A DNA stretch of 62,700 bases, taken from Candidatus Altiarchaeales archaeon WOR_SM1_SCG. GTDB taxonomy: Archaea; Altiarchaeota; Altiarchaeia; IMC4; WOR-SM1-SCG. The stretch's first letter is position 1. Each line of letters starts with the position of its first letter. A model generated the notes under the pieces. That model was not told the DNA's origin, made no database searches, and saw only the letters and a program-made list of their open reading frames with translations. Shown piece by piece: positions 38,718 through 49,289 of this stretch. Position numbers and translations under genes: made by a program. The stretch lies in NCBI GenBank assembly GCA_001723845.1, contig MCBE01000110.1:1-62700 (forward strand), written 5' to 3'.

Positions 38718-39512
38718 TTATTCTGATTTCTCTGACTCAGTGCAGGTGTTGTTTACGCATTCGCAGTAATTTCCGGAAGGCCATGCACCTGCAAATGCTT
38801 TGCCTTTATAAATAAAATTCCAGCAGCCACAACAAGGACGCGCTACACCGGAACAACCAAGACATAAACAATCCTCATTTTTTTCACAATAGGTTGTATT
38901 ATTAAGGTATTCAATTTTCGGGTACTTCGCAAGGATTTCACCGGAATACTCGTCAACTGCAATTCTGACAGAAGCATAATAATCTCCTTCATCTCCTGCC
39001 AGGTATTCTATCAGCCAATCCGATTTTGAGTTAGCGGTGCATTTACACATCATGTCGGGACGTAACACTTTCCCGGACGCACAGCAGCTTTGAAGCGTTT
39101 TTAGCTCAGCATCAGGATACAATTCAAGAAATCTCTGCACTTCCTCGGTCGCGCGGGCCGTTGCGATTGCCTGTTCTTCTGTGATTTTTGTTTCGTTTTC
39201 CAATGTATCATTTTTTGGTTGCTCTTCAAAAAATTCGCATTTTTTATTCACGCACCTGCATTCTCCCGGAACAAGCATGCATTGTACGCTCATCCCGTCC
39301 AATTCCGTCACACAGTTTTCGTTTTCATTGATGCAGCCGCAGCACGTTCGCTCACATTCGGTATCTGCCTCACAGGAGAGATTGCATCCGGAGGGATTAT
39401 TTATCGTGCAGCTGCCGGGTTTTTCTTCTTCAACGCACCCGCTGATTAAAACAATCCCAACTATTACCCAAATTCCGATTCCGGTTAATGTAATTTTAAT
39501 TTTATTTTTCAT
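38718..39512 (-). CDS. Cys-rich lipoprotein (start reassigned to MKNKIK)
   Basis: LISGC lipobox; two Cys clusters C...C..CCGC...C.C.N..C. Confidence 0.75.
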   Translation of the reverse strand: MKNKIKITLTGIGIWVIVGIVLISGCVEEEKPGSCTINNPSGCNLSCEADTECERTCCGCINENENCVTELDGMSVQCMLVPGECRCVNKKCEFFEEQPKNDTLENETKITEEQAIATARATEEVQRFLELYPDAELKTLQSCCASGKVLRPDMMCKCTANSKSDWLIEYLAGDEGDYYASVRIAVDEYSGEILAKYPKIEYLNNTTYCEKNEDCLCLGCSGVARPCCGCWNFIYKGKAFAGAWPSGNYCECVNNTCTESEKSE

Positions 39513-41766
39513 TTTTTTCTTCAGCTTTTCCAACTTCGTTCTCTTCAATTTTTCCTTTTTCATGTCCAATTTTCCCGCGTTTCCCTGCGTATCCTCTCAC
39601 AATGAGGTATGCCCCGTAAATCGCTGCCGAAAGCACGACAAGCACCCACCCGAAAGTCGCGTAATACCATACCCCGCTCAAAAAGTAGGAAATGATTGAC
39701 GGAACGATAATTATCAATAAAATTTTAATTAACTGCCCCCTTAGATTTCTCAGGTTTCTGACAGCGTAAAATCCAGCAAAAAGTATGAATAATAATACAA
39801 TTCTCCCGATCCAGATGTGAATTCCCGAGTCAATGTATGATGCACCGACATTGAGTTTTTTATCTTCAACGACTAGGAGTTTTGTAAAAGTGTATGCTTT
39901 TCCGCTTTGAGGGATATTTATTCTTACCGGGAGAATTCCTTTTTCCGTTGCTTCCAGGATGTCCTGCTGAACTTGTTGAATTTCCGCATTTACTTTTGCA
40001 CCAATTTTTGCGCCATCTTCTTTTGCTTCGTATATTATATTTTCATCCCCCACATTTGATGCCTGCATTTGCGAGATGGTTGCTGCAGGTCTCGTTGCAG
40101 AGAGTGAAATGCCCGGTTTGTAACCTATAAAATAATCAACCTCTTCCAGATCACCTTCAAATTTTATAAAATCGTAATCCTCAGGTAAATATAATAATAA
40201 ATTAACCTGGCTTACCGGGATGTCAACTGACGGAATTTCAAAATCATTACTGCCGAAATATCCAAACCCTGAAGTGTTACTTATGTAAACAAATTCGACA
40301 GGGAAAGCGTAAAGCGAACCTTCATACCCTTGCGACCTTGATAATGGAATTAAAATTTTCCCGCTTTCATTGTCCCTTGCGGGCTTAACCGGCGCACCTG
40401 AAACAAATGCGCTCCATATTTCCGAGTCCTTCGGGAGGGTTACTTCAAGGAACTGCTTCCTGTTGTTTTTAATATAATATGTTGCTTTCGTTATGCTTTT
40501 TTCATCTTCCGTGAAAAGAGTTATGATTTCGGCGTAATCAACTGCTGCAACAAGAACCGGGATGTCCTCGTGCTTTTTTATGTCAAGGGTCACGGAGTAA
40601 GGATGCTTTAAATATTTGTAACCGAAAAGAAGCGGGTTTTTACTCCTGCTCCAGATGTCCTGGGGAAGCTCGTTTACATCAACCCTCGCAGCGCCGGATG
40701 ATTCAACGACGCTTATTTCAACATTTGTTCTTGCTTCAATCCCGATGTAACCTGTTTCCCGCTCCACATCAAGAACTTTAATTTCGGGAATGCTTGAAAC
40801 GGCGCTTGTCCCGCCCATGTCTTTTTCATAATTTAAAATAATTTTATAATTCTGGGTGATGTCATAAGGTGTTTGAATCAAAATAATATTATCCTCAATT
40901 TTGTAATCCTTAATCGGGTTTCCATAAAGGTCAGTAACTTCAAGAACAGAAACGCCTCCGGGAACCTGGACTCTGAACTGCCCGGCACTGCCCTGAGCAA
41001 TTGAATAATCAATAACCGAATAGCATTTCATAACCCCTTCGCCGACGGAGACCAGGGAATTGACTTCAGCATAAACTTTCGCAGGTAATTTTTCTTTAAT
41101 TATTTTCTCTCTTTTCGGGTGCCAGACAACCGAAAATCCGCTGCCGGAAACAAGTGTTGCCGTTGCTATTGTCTTATCGGGACTAAATGATTCCTCAATT
41201 CCCGGACCAAAGGATGGTTCAATTTCAATTCCGATGTCCGTTTCAGGTATTTCAATTCTTAATGTTGAAATTGATGTTTCGGGAAGATCGGCTAATTTTA
41301 CGGTTTTTGAATCGCCGGATATATCTTCATTAACCTCAACTAAAAAATTGATTTCTAATTTATGTTTCCCCTTTTTGTTATTTAATATAAGATAATTCAT
41401 GCCTCGCTCGGTAAACAGGGAAGTATCCATCCCGTCAATGCGGGCATTTTTAATTGCAAATTTTCCATTAATTAACCTGATTTTCACCCAGTTATCTGTT
41501 AAAATTTCAATATCATAAACTGCTGATGTTTCTGCAAAATCATCGTTCACAATTATATCGTAATTTGCTTTTGAGATTATATAGAAAGCAGGCGGCACAT
41601 CAGGCGGTGTTGTTGCATTTGCTGCAAACATTTTCTCAAGGTCAGAGAGAGTCCCGCAGAGCATTCCATCAGCTGATGCGTTTACTGCCAGAAGATTAAT
41701 AAAAATTAAAAATATTATTCCAAGTTTTATTTTATTTGTTCCGTTTATTTTATTTAGGATTTTCAT
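39502..41766 (-). CDS. Secreted beta-rich protein with C-terminal membrane helices, function unknown
   Basis: 754-aa ORF with signal peptide and three C-terminal hydrophobic helices. Confidence 0.8.
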   Translation of the reverse strand: MKILNKINGTNKIKLGIIFLIFINLLAVNASADGMLCGTLSDLEKMFAANATTPPDVPPAFYIISKANYDIIVNDDFAETSAVYDIEILTDNWVKIRLINGKFAIKNARIDGMDTSLFTERGMNYLILNNKKGKHKLEINFLVEVNEDISGDSKTVKLADLPETSISTLRIEIPETDIGIEIEPSFGPGIEESFSPDKTIATATLVSGSGFSVVWHPKREKIIKEKLPAKVYAEVNSLVSVGEGVMKCYSVIDYSIAQGSAGQFRVQVPGGVSVLEVTDLYGNPIKDYKIEDNIILIQTPYDITQNYKIILNYEKDMGGTSAVSSIPEIKVLDVERETGYIGIEARTNVEISVVESSGAARVDVNELPQDIWSRSKNPLLFGYKYLKHPYSVTLDIKKHEDIPVLVAAVDYAEIITLFTEDEKSITKATYYIKNNRKQFLEVTLPKDSEIWSAFVSGAPVKPARDNESGKILIPLSRSQGYEGSLYAFPVEFVYISNTSGFGYFGSNDFEIPSVDIPVSQVNLLLYLPEDYDFIKFEGDLEEVDYFIGYKPGISLSATRPAATISQMQASNVGDENIIYEAKEDGAKIGAKVNAEIQQVQQDILEATEKGILPVRINIPQSGKAYTFTKLLVVEDKKLNVGASYIDSGIHIWIGRIVLLFILFAGFYAVRNLRNLRGQLIKILLIIIVPSIISYFLSGVWYYATFGWVLVVLSAAIYGAYLIVRGYAGKRGKIGHEKGKIEENEVGKAEEKNEK

Positions 41767-41813
41767 TTTTTTGGTTTTTATTAATTTAAAAATTTATTTG
41801 AATTTTAATTTGA

Positions 41814-42329
41814 TTATTGATTACTGATATTAACGGTCGTGTTTTTTATAACCCTGTTGTCATGCACAACAACAACATTAAGCGAACTTGTTATGTTTCT
41901 TTTCAAGCTTTCAAGTGAAGGAGGTGCGTTTTGTAATTTTTCAGGCATCCCGGGTATTGTTTCTTCAAGATATGCTTCTTTTGCATCCTCTTTTTTTAAA
42001 TCCGCATCTTCTCCCGTGACCATTACAGCCGGCTCTTCCTCAACGCCCCCGCCCCTGCCGATTGGTGCTTGAGCGCTTAATATTTCAGGTTCACCGGGAA
42101 AAATTTCATCATCTGCCCCGGCTTTTGATTCATTAACCAATGATTTATCTTCTTTTTGTTGTTCCTTTAAGTCAAGTATGATTGCAATTCCTTTCTCAGG
42201 GGTTTCCGCAGGATTTTCCAGATTTTGTTTACCGTTCATTGTCCCGGTAAAATAAGCGGCTATCACAAGCCCGATTCCTATGACTGCAAGCACAAGGAGC
42301 AGTGCAATTTTGGTTTTCATGTTTTTCAT
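41814..42329 (-). CDS. Membrane-anchored acidic hypothetical protein
   Basis: N-terminal TM helix, Glu/Pro-rich remainder. Confidence 0.7.
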   Translation of the reverse strand: MKNMKTKIALLLVLAVIGIGLVIAAYFTGTMNGKQNLENPAETPEKGIAIILDLKEQQKEDKSLVNESKAGADDEIFPGEPEILSAQAPIGRGGGVEEEPAVMVTGEDADLKKEDAKEAYLEETIPGMPEKLQNAPPSLESLKRNITSSLNVVVVHDNRVIKNTTVNISNQ

Positions 42330-42445
42330 TTCATTTATCTTTTTGAAAAATTAAATTAAAATTTTTGAAATTTTCTGAAAGTTGTATTAAATTATTAGAT
42401 GAAACACCATATACCTTAAAGTATGAAACCTGTTTCAAACCAGTT

Positions 42446-42937
42446 TCACTTCAACAAAACAAGATTTCCCATCCCCTTTCTTTTTCTCTCTAAAAGTCCC
42501 TTGTGCTCCAGTGCGTCCAGGCATCTCGTGACCTTTGCCTTGGCAAATCCCGTGCTTGTGACAAGTTCACTCTGGTACATTATGCCTTCTTCGGAGAGAA
42601 TTTTTTGATAAATCATTTTTTCATCTCCTTCAAGTGTTTTAATTATTTTTTCCCATTCATTTGTTTGCTTTGTTTCACCGGTTTTTTTGGTTTTGGAACC
42701 GGTTTCATCAGTATCAAAGAAAAGTAGGTACATGCCTGAAACAGCAAGAATCAATGTTGATGCAAAAATTATGATAACATCAGTTAATGTGAAAAGCCCG
42801 GGAATCTGTGTTATAGCAGTCTGGTTTCCTTCAACAAAAAGCTGTATTGACGCAGGGTTCAAAAGCTTTGTTCCCAGTATAAATACCGCTCCTACGAAGA
42901 GTGCTCCTGCAAACGCTGTTTTTCCTTTTATTTTCAT
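42446..42937 (-). CDS. Membrane-bound HTH transcriptional regulator
   Basis: Two TM helices, then LEGDEKMIY...QSELVTSTGFAKAKVTRCLDALEHKGLLERKRKGMGN. Confidence 0.8.
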   Translation of the reverse strand: MKIKGKTAFAGALFVGAVFILGTKLLNPASIQLFVEGNQTAITQIPGLFTLTDVIIIFASTLILAVSGMYLLFFDTDETGSKTKKTGETKQTNEWEKIIKTLEGDEKMIYQKILSEEGIMYQSELVTSTGFAKAKVTRCLDALEHKGLLERKRKGMGNLVLLK

Positions 42938-43042
42938 TTCCAGATAGATAATTTTTTATGTTCCAGTATTTTTATTAAATTTGAATTATTATATTTTTTT
43001 TTAATTTATGCTGGATTTTAATTTAAGTTAGGTAATAAAAGA

Positions 43043-43687
43043 ATGGCAAAAATAAAAGCGGTTTTATTTGACCTTGACGGGACACTTGTTGATACATTTG
43101 AGTCAATTGTAATTTCATTTAATGAAGCATTGAAATTCCTGGGAGCAAAACCTGCAAACAGGAAAATCTTAACAGAAAGCATAGGCGCGCCTCATGAAGT
43201 CACCCTGAAAAAATTTGTTCCCAAAGCAACGCGGGAGAAGATACATAAAGCAACCGATGTTTTCAGGAAAACGAGAGCAAAAACAACTGACAGGTACACG
43301 AAAGTCCTTCCAGGCGTTTCAAAATTATTGAAAAATTTAAAAAGTAAAAACATTAAAACAGGCGTTGTGACAACAACCGCAAAAGCCATGTCAGAACATA
43401 TTCTAAAAGCCGCGAATTTATATAATCTTATTGATGTTTTGATTACAAGAGATGATGTAGAAAATTTAAAGCCGGACCCTGAACCGGTGTTAAAAGCACT
43501 CGTGAAATTAAATTTAAACAATGACGAATGTGTAATGGTCGGGGACCACCCGAATGATATAATTTCTGCAAAGTCCGCAAATGTCAGAGTTATCGCAATT
43601 CCGAATGTCTATGATAAAGAAATTCTTGAAAAATACAAGCCGGATTATATTTTTGACCACATAATTGATGTTGAAAGTATAATTTAA
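43043..43687 (+). CDS. HAD-superfamily phosphatase (PGPase/PpaX-like)
   Basis: FDLDGTLVD, KPDPEP, MVGDHPND motifs. Confidence 0.9.
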   Translation: MAKIKAVLFDLDGTLVDTFESIVISFNEALKFLGAKPANRKILTESIGAPHEVTLKKFVPKATREKIHKATDVFRKTRAKTTDRYTKVLPGVSKLLKNLKSKNIKTGVVTTTAKAMSEHILKAANLYNLIDVLITRDDVENLKPDPEPVLKALVKLNLNNDECVMVGDHPNDIISAKSANVRVIAIPNVYDKEILEKYKPDYIFDHIIDVESII

Positions 43688-43770
43688 TTTTAATTTGTAA
43701 TTTAATTGTAATTTTAATAATTAAATTAATTAAAGATTGAAAGATTGAAAAATAACACGCATATCATAAA

Positions 43771-44460
43771 ATGCACATCGGCATAATACCTGACGGGAAC
43801 AGGAGATATATGCAGGAGGAGAACATAGACCTTGAAACCGCATACAGGAAAGGCATTGACAACTTTTACAACTGCCTTGAGTGGTGCATGGAACTCGGGG
43901 TTTCTGAAGTCACACTTTATGCACTATCAACAGAAAACATAAAAAACAGGAGCAAAGAGGAACTTGCGGTACTTTTTACGGTATTTGAAGAAATTTCAAA
44001 AAAAGCATTAAATGATGAACGGATTCATAAAAATAAAGTTCGTGTAAATATCTGCGGGGACATGAATTACCTGGAGAGGGCAATAAACACTTTAAATTTA
44101 AAATCTAATTTAATGAATAATTTAAATGACCTTAAAAATTCAACAAAAAATTACAATAAATTCACGCTGAATCTTGCAATCGCTTACGGTGGAAGGCAGG
44201 AGGTTATTTGCGCCGTAAAGAAAGTAGTTGAAGAGCGCGGGGAAATTAATGATAAAAACATTGAAAAACACCTGTGGGTAAAAAATGATGCGGACATAAT
44301 AATCAGGACGGGCGAGAACAGGATGAGCAACTTCCTTTTGTGGCAGTCCGCTTATTCAGAGGTCTTTTTTTCAGATAAACTCTGGCCGGGTTTTGAAAAA
44401 GAAGACCTTACGGGGATAATTGATGAATATAATTCACGAGAACGAAGATTCGGAAAGTAG
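43771..44460 (+). CDS. uppS: cis-prenyltransferase (polyprenyl diphosphate synthase)
   Basis: HIGIIPDGNRR, YALSTEN, AYGGRQE, IIRTGE.RMSNFLLWQSAYSE, RERRFG. Confidence 0.95.
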   Translation: MHIGIIPDGNRRYMQEENIDLETAYRKGIDNFYNCLEWCMELGVSEVTLYALSTENIKNRSKEELAVLFTVFEEISKKALNDERIHKNKVRVNICGDMNYLERAINTLNLKSNLMNNLNDLKNSTKNYNKFTLNLAIAYGGRQEVICAVKKVVEERGEINDKNIEKHLWVKNDADIIIRTGENRMSNFLLWQSAYSEVFFSDKLWPGFEKEDLTGIIDEYNSRERRFGK

Positions 44461-44466
44461 CAAAGA

Positions 44467-47466
44467 ATGACAAGGAAAAAGAAATTACAAACAGAAACAG
44501 ATGTAGAAAAAGACAGCAGAAAAACAGAGCAAAAAGAAATGGAAACAGAAGGTCATGCAAATAATCTTGGGGAAAAATTAAAGAAACATTTTGAAGAGCC
44601 GTTATTTACTATCGCGATTGCGGCAGTACTGCTTGCAATAATAAAACCCTTAATTGATTTTTCGCTTTTAACCGTTGGCATACTGCTGCTTGGTGCAATC
44701 TCTGCGTATTTTGTTTATATTTATTTTAAAAATAATATTAAAAATTATTATTTTATCGGGGTCCCTGTTTTAATTTTTTGCATAACCTTATTTTCATATT
44801 ATGCAGACCAGGGAAACGCTGTGATTGATTTTACCGCCTTTTCCGTTATGTTTGCAATTCTTTTATTGTTCTATACCCTGTGGATTCATAAAATCATAAA
44901 AAAATTAACGCATGCGTTAATTGCAACAATCTTTATCTGCACCATGCTAACGCATTTAATGGGCGCATTTGCAGATGACCTGGCAGACCATATTGTGGAA
45001 ACCGGAGATATTATGGAACATGATAACCTGGTTTATCCTCCCGAGGGGGTTGATAGAAGCAGGGGCGTATTAATGGCTTCCGTGTTCATGGCTGCGATTG
45101 CAAATGTTTTAAGCCCTCTTGGTTTTAGCATAAAGGATGTTGCAATCCTTTACCCGGGTGTCGTTGCAGCGTTCACTGTTTTAGTTTTGTATTTACTTGT
45201 AAGAGATCTTTTTTCAGATATGAAACCCTATAATTATGTTGCAGCAATACTTGCAGCATTTATGCTGATGCTTACACCAGGCTTTGCAGAAAAGGCAATT
45301 GCGACAAACTGTGAAGACGATACGCTTGGTATGTTTTTGATGGTTTCGTCATTTCTTTTGATGACCATCGGTTTCAGGAGAAGAAATTTAAAAATTACGC
45401 TTCTTGCCGGCTTTTCATTTTTAATGCTTGCAATGACCTGGTCGGGTTACTCTTATGCAGGACCCGTTACAGGGGTTTTTATCGTGCTTTATGCAATAAT
45501 GAATTTTATTCATAAGAAAAATACGGTAAAAGAATTACCTTATTTTATTATCCCGTTTCTTATAAGCTTTCTATCCCCCCTGGTTCTTCATGCAAGAGGT
45601 GAACTTCCCGCATTCGCAGTACCGGGTATGATAATTTTAATCCCGATTGGTGGTGCGTTCTTATTTGCAGTTATACTGGAGATAATAAGAACCCGGATGT
45701 ATGGAAAGATTGTAATTCCTGAAAAGACTTATGAGGATAAAATGGAAAATTTAATTGACAGGTATATTGTTCCGATTGGCGCGGCAGGAATAATAATCGG
45801 AATTATATTTATATTAAATTTCCCTGCATTTGACTATGTAAAAACAGTTATAGTGGGTGCCGAAGTCAGGGATATTATCGGGTTAACAACAGCAGAGCAG
45901 ATAAGGCAGACATATTCTCCCGAACAAATGGTGAATTATGCCGTAATCTGCGGCAGCACAAGCTGCGGCTCATCAGGATTTAGTGGAAAGTACGGCGCTG
46001 CTTTTTTACTTGCATTAATCATGATAATAATTCTTTTTTATCTTGCACTGGTTAAGAGAAGCATGGGTGCTGCATTTATACTTGCGTGGAGTGTTCCTAT
46101 GATTGTGGGGATTTATGCAAAACCGCAGTACGGGTTCGTGGCAAGTGTTCCCATAATTGCTCTTGGCGCAACCATCGGGCTGCTTGCGGGAGTCACAAAA
46201 AAGGATATGGAAAGCTGGAGAATAATTGCAACAATTTTAATTATTCTTGTCCCCCTGGCATACATACCCATTGCAGGCGCGGATCATTATGGAAAACTCG
46301 GAAGCGGGCAGGTTCTTTATTCCGGTCCCAGGACATCAGGATTCCAGGTATGGGAGCCGGCTTTGCTGTGGCTCGGGAACCAGACGATTGACGGTTCTGC
46401 AACTGATTGGTCAACGATTACCTGGTGGGATTACGGGCACTGGATTGCAGCGGTCTCAAAAAGGGTGAGTGTTGCAGATAACGCCAAAAACAATCAATTT
46501 ACCGTGCAAAATGATGCCAAGTTCCATGTTCTGGTTACAACCGAGGAAGAAGCACTTAATATTACAAGATATTACAATTCACAGTATGTAATTATTGACT
46601 GGACAATGATAGGGAAAAGTCACGCACCGCATTTCATAGCAACTTCAAATTTAACTACGACAGAGTGCGGATTTGACCTTGGTTACGGGCAGTTTCAATT
46701 CAGGCAGGTCGTGACCGACGGCATGGGCAATATTATCTGGGATTCAAGAAAAGAGCAATATACACTTAATGAACAGGGGGGTGTGGAAAAAACAAGAATC
46801 CTCCCCTTTATAGGAGGACCTCATATAGGTGCAATTCTTTTCAACATAAAAAATGATGCTCAAATTTCAAGCATAGATATTATAACACCCACCGGGGACA
46901 AAATTCCGTGGGAGACATGGAGAGACCAGAATAATGTTTCAATTTTAGGTGTACAGCCCCTGAATACGATACTTGGTCTGGCACTGCAGGGACAGAACGT
47001 TAATCATCCTGCGTACACAACCCTGATTTATGTGCCAAACGTATACGACGACGGTAAAAGCGGGAGACCGCAGGCATGTGTCAGGGATAATTCATACTAT
47101 ACAAAATACAGTTATACATGGCATAATTATAATGATTACATGCTAACAAAACTTTATCTCGGGGACCATGCAGATAGTTATTACCTGGGTGGTGGTCCAT
47201 TAAGTTTATGCACAAACGATTGGTGTAAAAAAGCTGCTGAAGAGGGCAATTCGGAAAGATTAAAGTATTTTAAACTTGTCGATGAATTTGACGGCGTGGG
47301 AAGCCCTGATTATTCCAATGCGGGGTATGTAAAGGTTTATGAAATCATATATCCTGAAGAAATAAAAGTTGAGGAAGCAGAGGAGGAATCAGACGCGGAA
47401 GGGGAGGAAGAAACGGGCGAAATGGTTACACCCACTGAAACAGAACCGTTTGTGACATGGGGTTAA
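44467..47466 (+). CDS. aglB: Oligosaccharyltransferase STT3/AglB
   Basis: Multi-TM N-terminal half; TTAEQ (TIxE-like), WWDYGHW, DWTMIGK motifs; adjacent to uppS. Confidence 0.9.
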   Translation: MTRKKKLQTETDVEKDSRKTEQKEMETEGHANNLGEKLKKHFEEPLFTIAIAAVLLAIIKPLIDFSLLTVGILLLGAISAYFVYIYFKNNIKNYYFIGVPVLIFCITLFSYYADQGNAVIDFTAFSVMFAILLLFYTLWIHKIIKKLTHALIATIFICTMLTHLMGAFADDLADHIVETGDIMEHDNLVYPPEGVDRSRGVLMASVFMAAIANVLSPLGFSIKDVAILYPGVVAAFTVLVLYLLVRDLFSDMKPYNYVAAILAAFMLMLTPGFAEKAIATNCEDDTLGMFLMVSSFLLMTIGFRRRNLKITLLAGFSFLMLAMTWSGYSYAGPVTGVFIVLYAIMNFIHKKNTVKELPYFIIPFLISFLSPLVLHARGELPAFAVPGMIILIPIGGAFLFAVILEIIRTRMYGKIVIPEKTYEDKMENLIDRYIVPIGAAGIIIGIIFILNFPAFDYVKTVIVGAEVRDIIGLTTAEQIRQTYSPEQMVNYAVICGSTSCGSSGFSGKYGAAFLLALIMIIILFYLALVKRSMGAAFILAWSVPMIVGIYAKPQYGFVASVPIIALGATIGLLAGVTKKDMESWRIIATILIILVPLAYIPIAGADHYGKLGSGQVLYSGPRTSGFQVWEPALLWLGNQTIDGSATDWSTITWWDYGHWIAAVSKRVSVADNAKNNQFTVQNDAKFHVLVTTEEEALNITRYYNSQYVIIDWTMIGKSHAPHFIATSNLTTTECGFDLGYGQFQFRQVVTDGMGNIIWDSRKEQYTLNEQGGVEKTRILPFIGGPHIGAILFNIKNDAQISSIDIITPTGDKIPWETWRDQNNVSILGVQPLNTILGLALQGQNVNHPAYTTLIYVPNVYDDGKSGRPQACVRDNSYYTKYSYTWHNYNDYMLTKLYLGDHADSYYLGGGPLSLCTNDWCKKAAEEGNSERLKYFKLVDEFDGVGSPDYSNAGYVKVYEIIYPEEIKVEEAEEESDAEGEEETGEMVTPTETEPFVTWG

Positions 47467-47489
47467 TAAAATAATTAATTTAAATAAAA

Positions 47490-47849
47490 ATGGCAATATA
47501 TCACGGAAATCTGAAAAAGCCGCATAAAAAGCGAAAGGCGGCAATGGGCAGGGAAACGAAAAACACTGTAATAGGAGATAAAAAATTAAAGAAAATCAGA
47601 ACACGCGGAGGTAATGAAAAACTGAGGTTGGTGGCTGCAAAATATGCGAATGTATCGGTTGAGGGTAAATCCCTGAACTGTGAAATTTTGGGTCTTGCGA
47701 CAAATCCTGCAAACAAGGACTTTACAAGAAGAAAAATCATAACAAAGGGGGCTGTTTTGACAGTTAAGTCTCCGGATGGCGCGGAATTAAATGCAAGAGT
47801 AACCTCACGCCCGGGACAGAGCGGTGTTATTAATGCGGTTTCTGAATAA
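47490..47849 (+). CDS. rps8e: 30S ribosomal protein S8e
   Basis: RTRGGNEKLRL, NPAN..FTRRKIITKGA, ARVTSRPGQSGVINAV. Confidence 0.97.
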   Translation: MAIYHGNLKKPHKKRKAAMGRETKNTVIGDKKLKKIRTRGGNEKLRLVAAKYANVSVEGKSLNCEILGLATNPANKDFTRRKIITKGAVLTVKSPDGAELNARVTSRPGQSGVINAVSE

Positions 47850-47882
47850 ATTTAATTATTATAATATTATTTTTAAAAAATA

Positions 47883-49178
47883 ATGAAGATAACAGCAGCA
47901 GGGGGGTATGATGCAGTAGGCAGGAACATGACCGGTGTAACGATAAATAATGAAACGGTCGCGATTGATAACGGCATACGGCTTGATGCTTTTCAGATGT
48001 ATGACGGCGAAACGCACATGCTCCAGAAGTATAAAAAGAAAGATTTGATTGATATGCGCGTAATTCCTGACTACGATTCTTTAAGAAATGTACGCGCCCA
48101 GGTAATCTCCCACGGGCATCTTGACCATGTCGGAGCGCTGGGTGTTGTACAGCCAAGTGTCCCGATAATAAGTACTCACTACACCGCGGAAATCGGGAGG
48201 AAAGAATATAACAGGGGAAATTATTACTCGTGTGATTACAATGAATTTTTTAAAGTTTCTCCTGATTTTGAAGTTGAATTTGTTGAAGTTACTCACAGCA
48301 TCCCAAAATCATCAATCGTTATTCTCAAAACATCTGAAGGAACCGTGGTTTATGCCTGCGACTTTAAATTTGATGATTATTCCGAAATTGCAAGAACCGA
48401 CTATGAAAAATTAAAGAAAATCGGGAGAGAAGGCGTTTATGCACTAATTGTTGAATCAACAAGGGTAAAGGAGAGGGGAAGAACTCCGGGCGAAAGGGTT
48501 GTCAGGGAAAAATTCAGGGAAATTATTGAATTTATTGATAAGGGTCTTGTGATTGCAACAACATTTTCAACACACATAGAGCGAATCCGGATGATAATGG
48601 ACCTTGTTGAAAAAACAGGTAAAATTCCAGTAGTAATTGGCAGGTCACTGTCAAAACACACGGGAATTGCAGAACAGTTCGGAATTCTGGATTTATCGCC
48701 CAATGCAAGGGTCTACGGCTCGGGAAAGGCAATAAAAAATATGTTGAAGATAATTAACAAAATGAATAAAAATGAACGCAGCGACTACTTTTTGCTTGTC
48801 ACAGGAAGCCAGGGAGAGCCGCAGTCGGTGCTTCCGAGAATGGTAAATAAAGAATTTTCATTTAATTTTCAAAGGAATGATTCCGTAATTTTCTGTGCCG
48901 CAACAATTCCTGTCCCGATAAATAAAACAAACAGGTACATTCTTGAATCAAAACTTGAGTCGCAGGGCGCAAGAATTTTTAAAGATGTTCATGTCTCAGG
49001 GCATGCTTCCCGCGAGGACCATAGAAAACTGCTGAATTTACTTTCGCCGGAGCATATCATCCCCTGCCACGGGGATATGGTGATGAAGGGTTCTTATGTG
49101 GGGCTTGCGGCAGAAGAGGGGTATGAACTTAATAAAAATGTTCATTTAATTAATAACGGGTTAAGTGTTGAGATTTAG
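47883..49178 (+). CDS. rnj: Archaeal RNase J (MBL beta-CASP)
   Basis: GGYDAVGRNMT, SHGHLDHVG, THSIP, DFKFD, TGSQGEP, HVSGHA, IPCHG. Confidence 0.92.
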   Translation: MKITAAGGYDAVGRNMTGVTINNETVAIDNGIRLDAFQMYDGETHMLQKYKKKDLIDMRVIPDYDSLRNVRAQVISHGHLDHVGALGVVQPSVPIISTHYTAEIGRKEYNRGNYYSCDYNEFFKVSPDFEVEFVEVTHSIPKSSIVILKTSEGTVVYACDFKFDDYSEIARTDYEKLKKIGREGVYALIVESTRVKERGRTPGERVVREKFREIIEFIDKGLVIATTFSTHIERIRMIMDLVEKTGKIPVVIGRSLSKHTGIAEQFGILDLSPNARVYGSGKAIKNMLKIINKMNKNERSDYFLLVTGSQGEPQSVLPRMVNKEFSFNFQRNDSVIFCAATIPVPINKTNRYILESKLESQGARIFKDVHVSGHASREDHRKLLNLLSPEHIIPCHGDMVMKGSYVGLAAEEGYELNKNVHLINNGLSVEI

Positions 49179-49289
49179 ATTAAATTTTTTATTGGATTTT
49201 ATTGAATATTATTGAATATTAATACACATTAAACCCTTTGGTTTTTAAGATTTATAATAAATTGAAATTTAATTAGTTACATAATCAAA

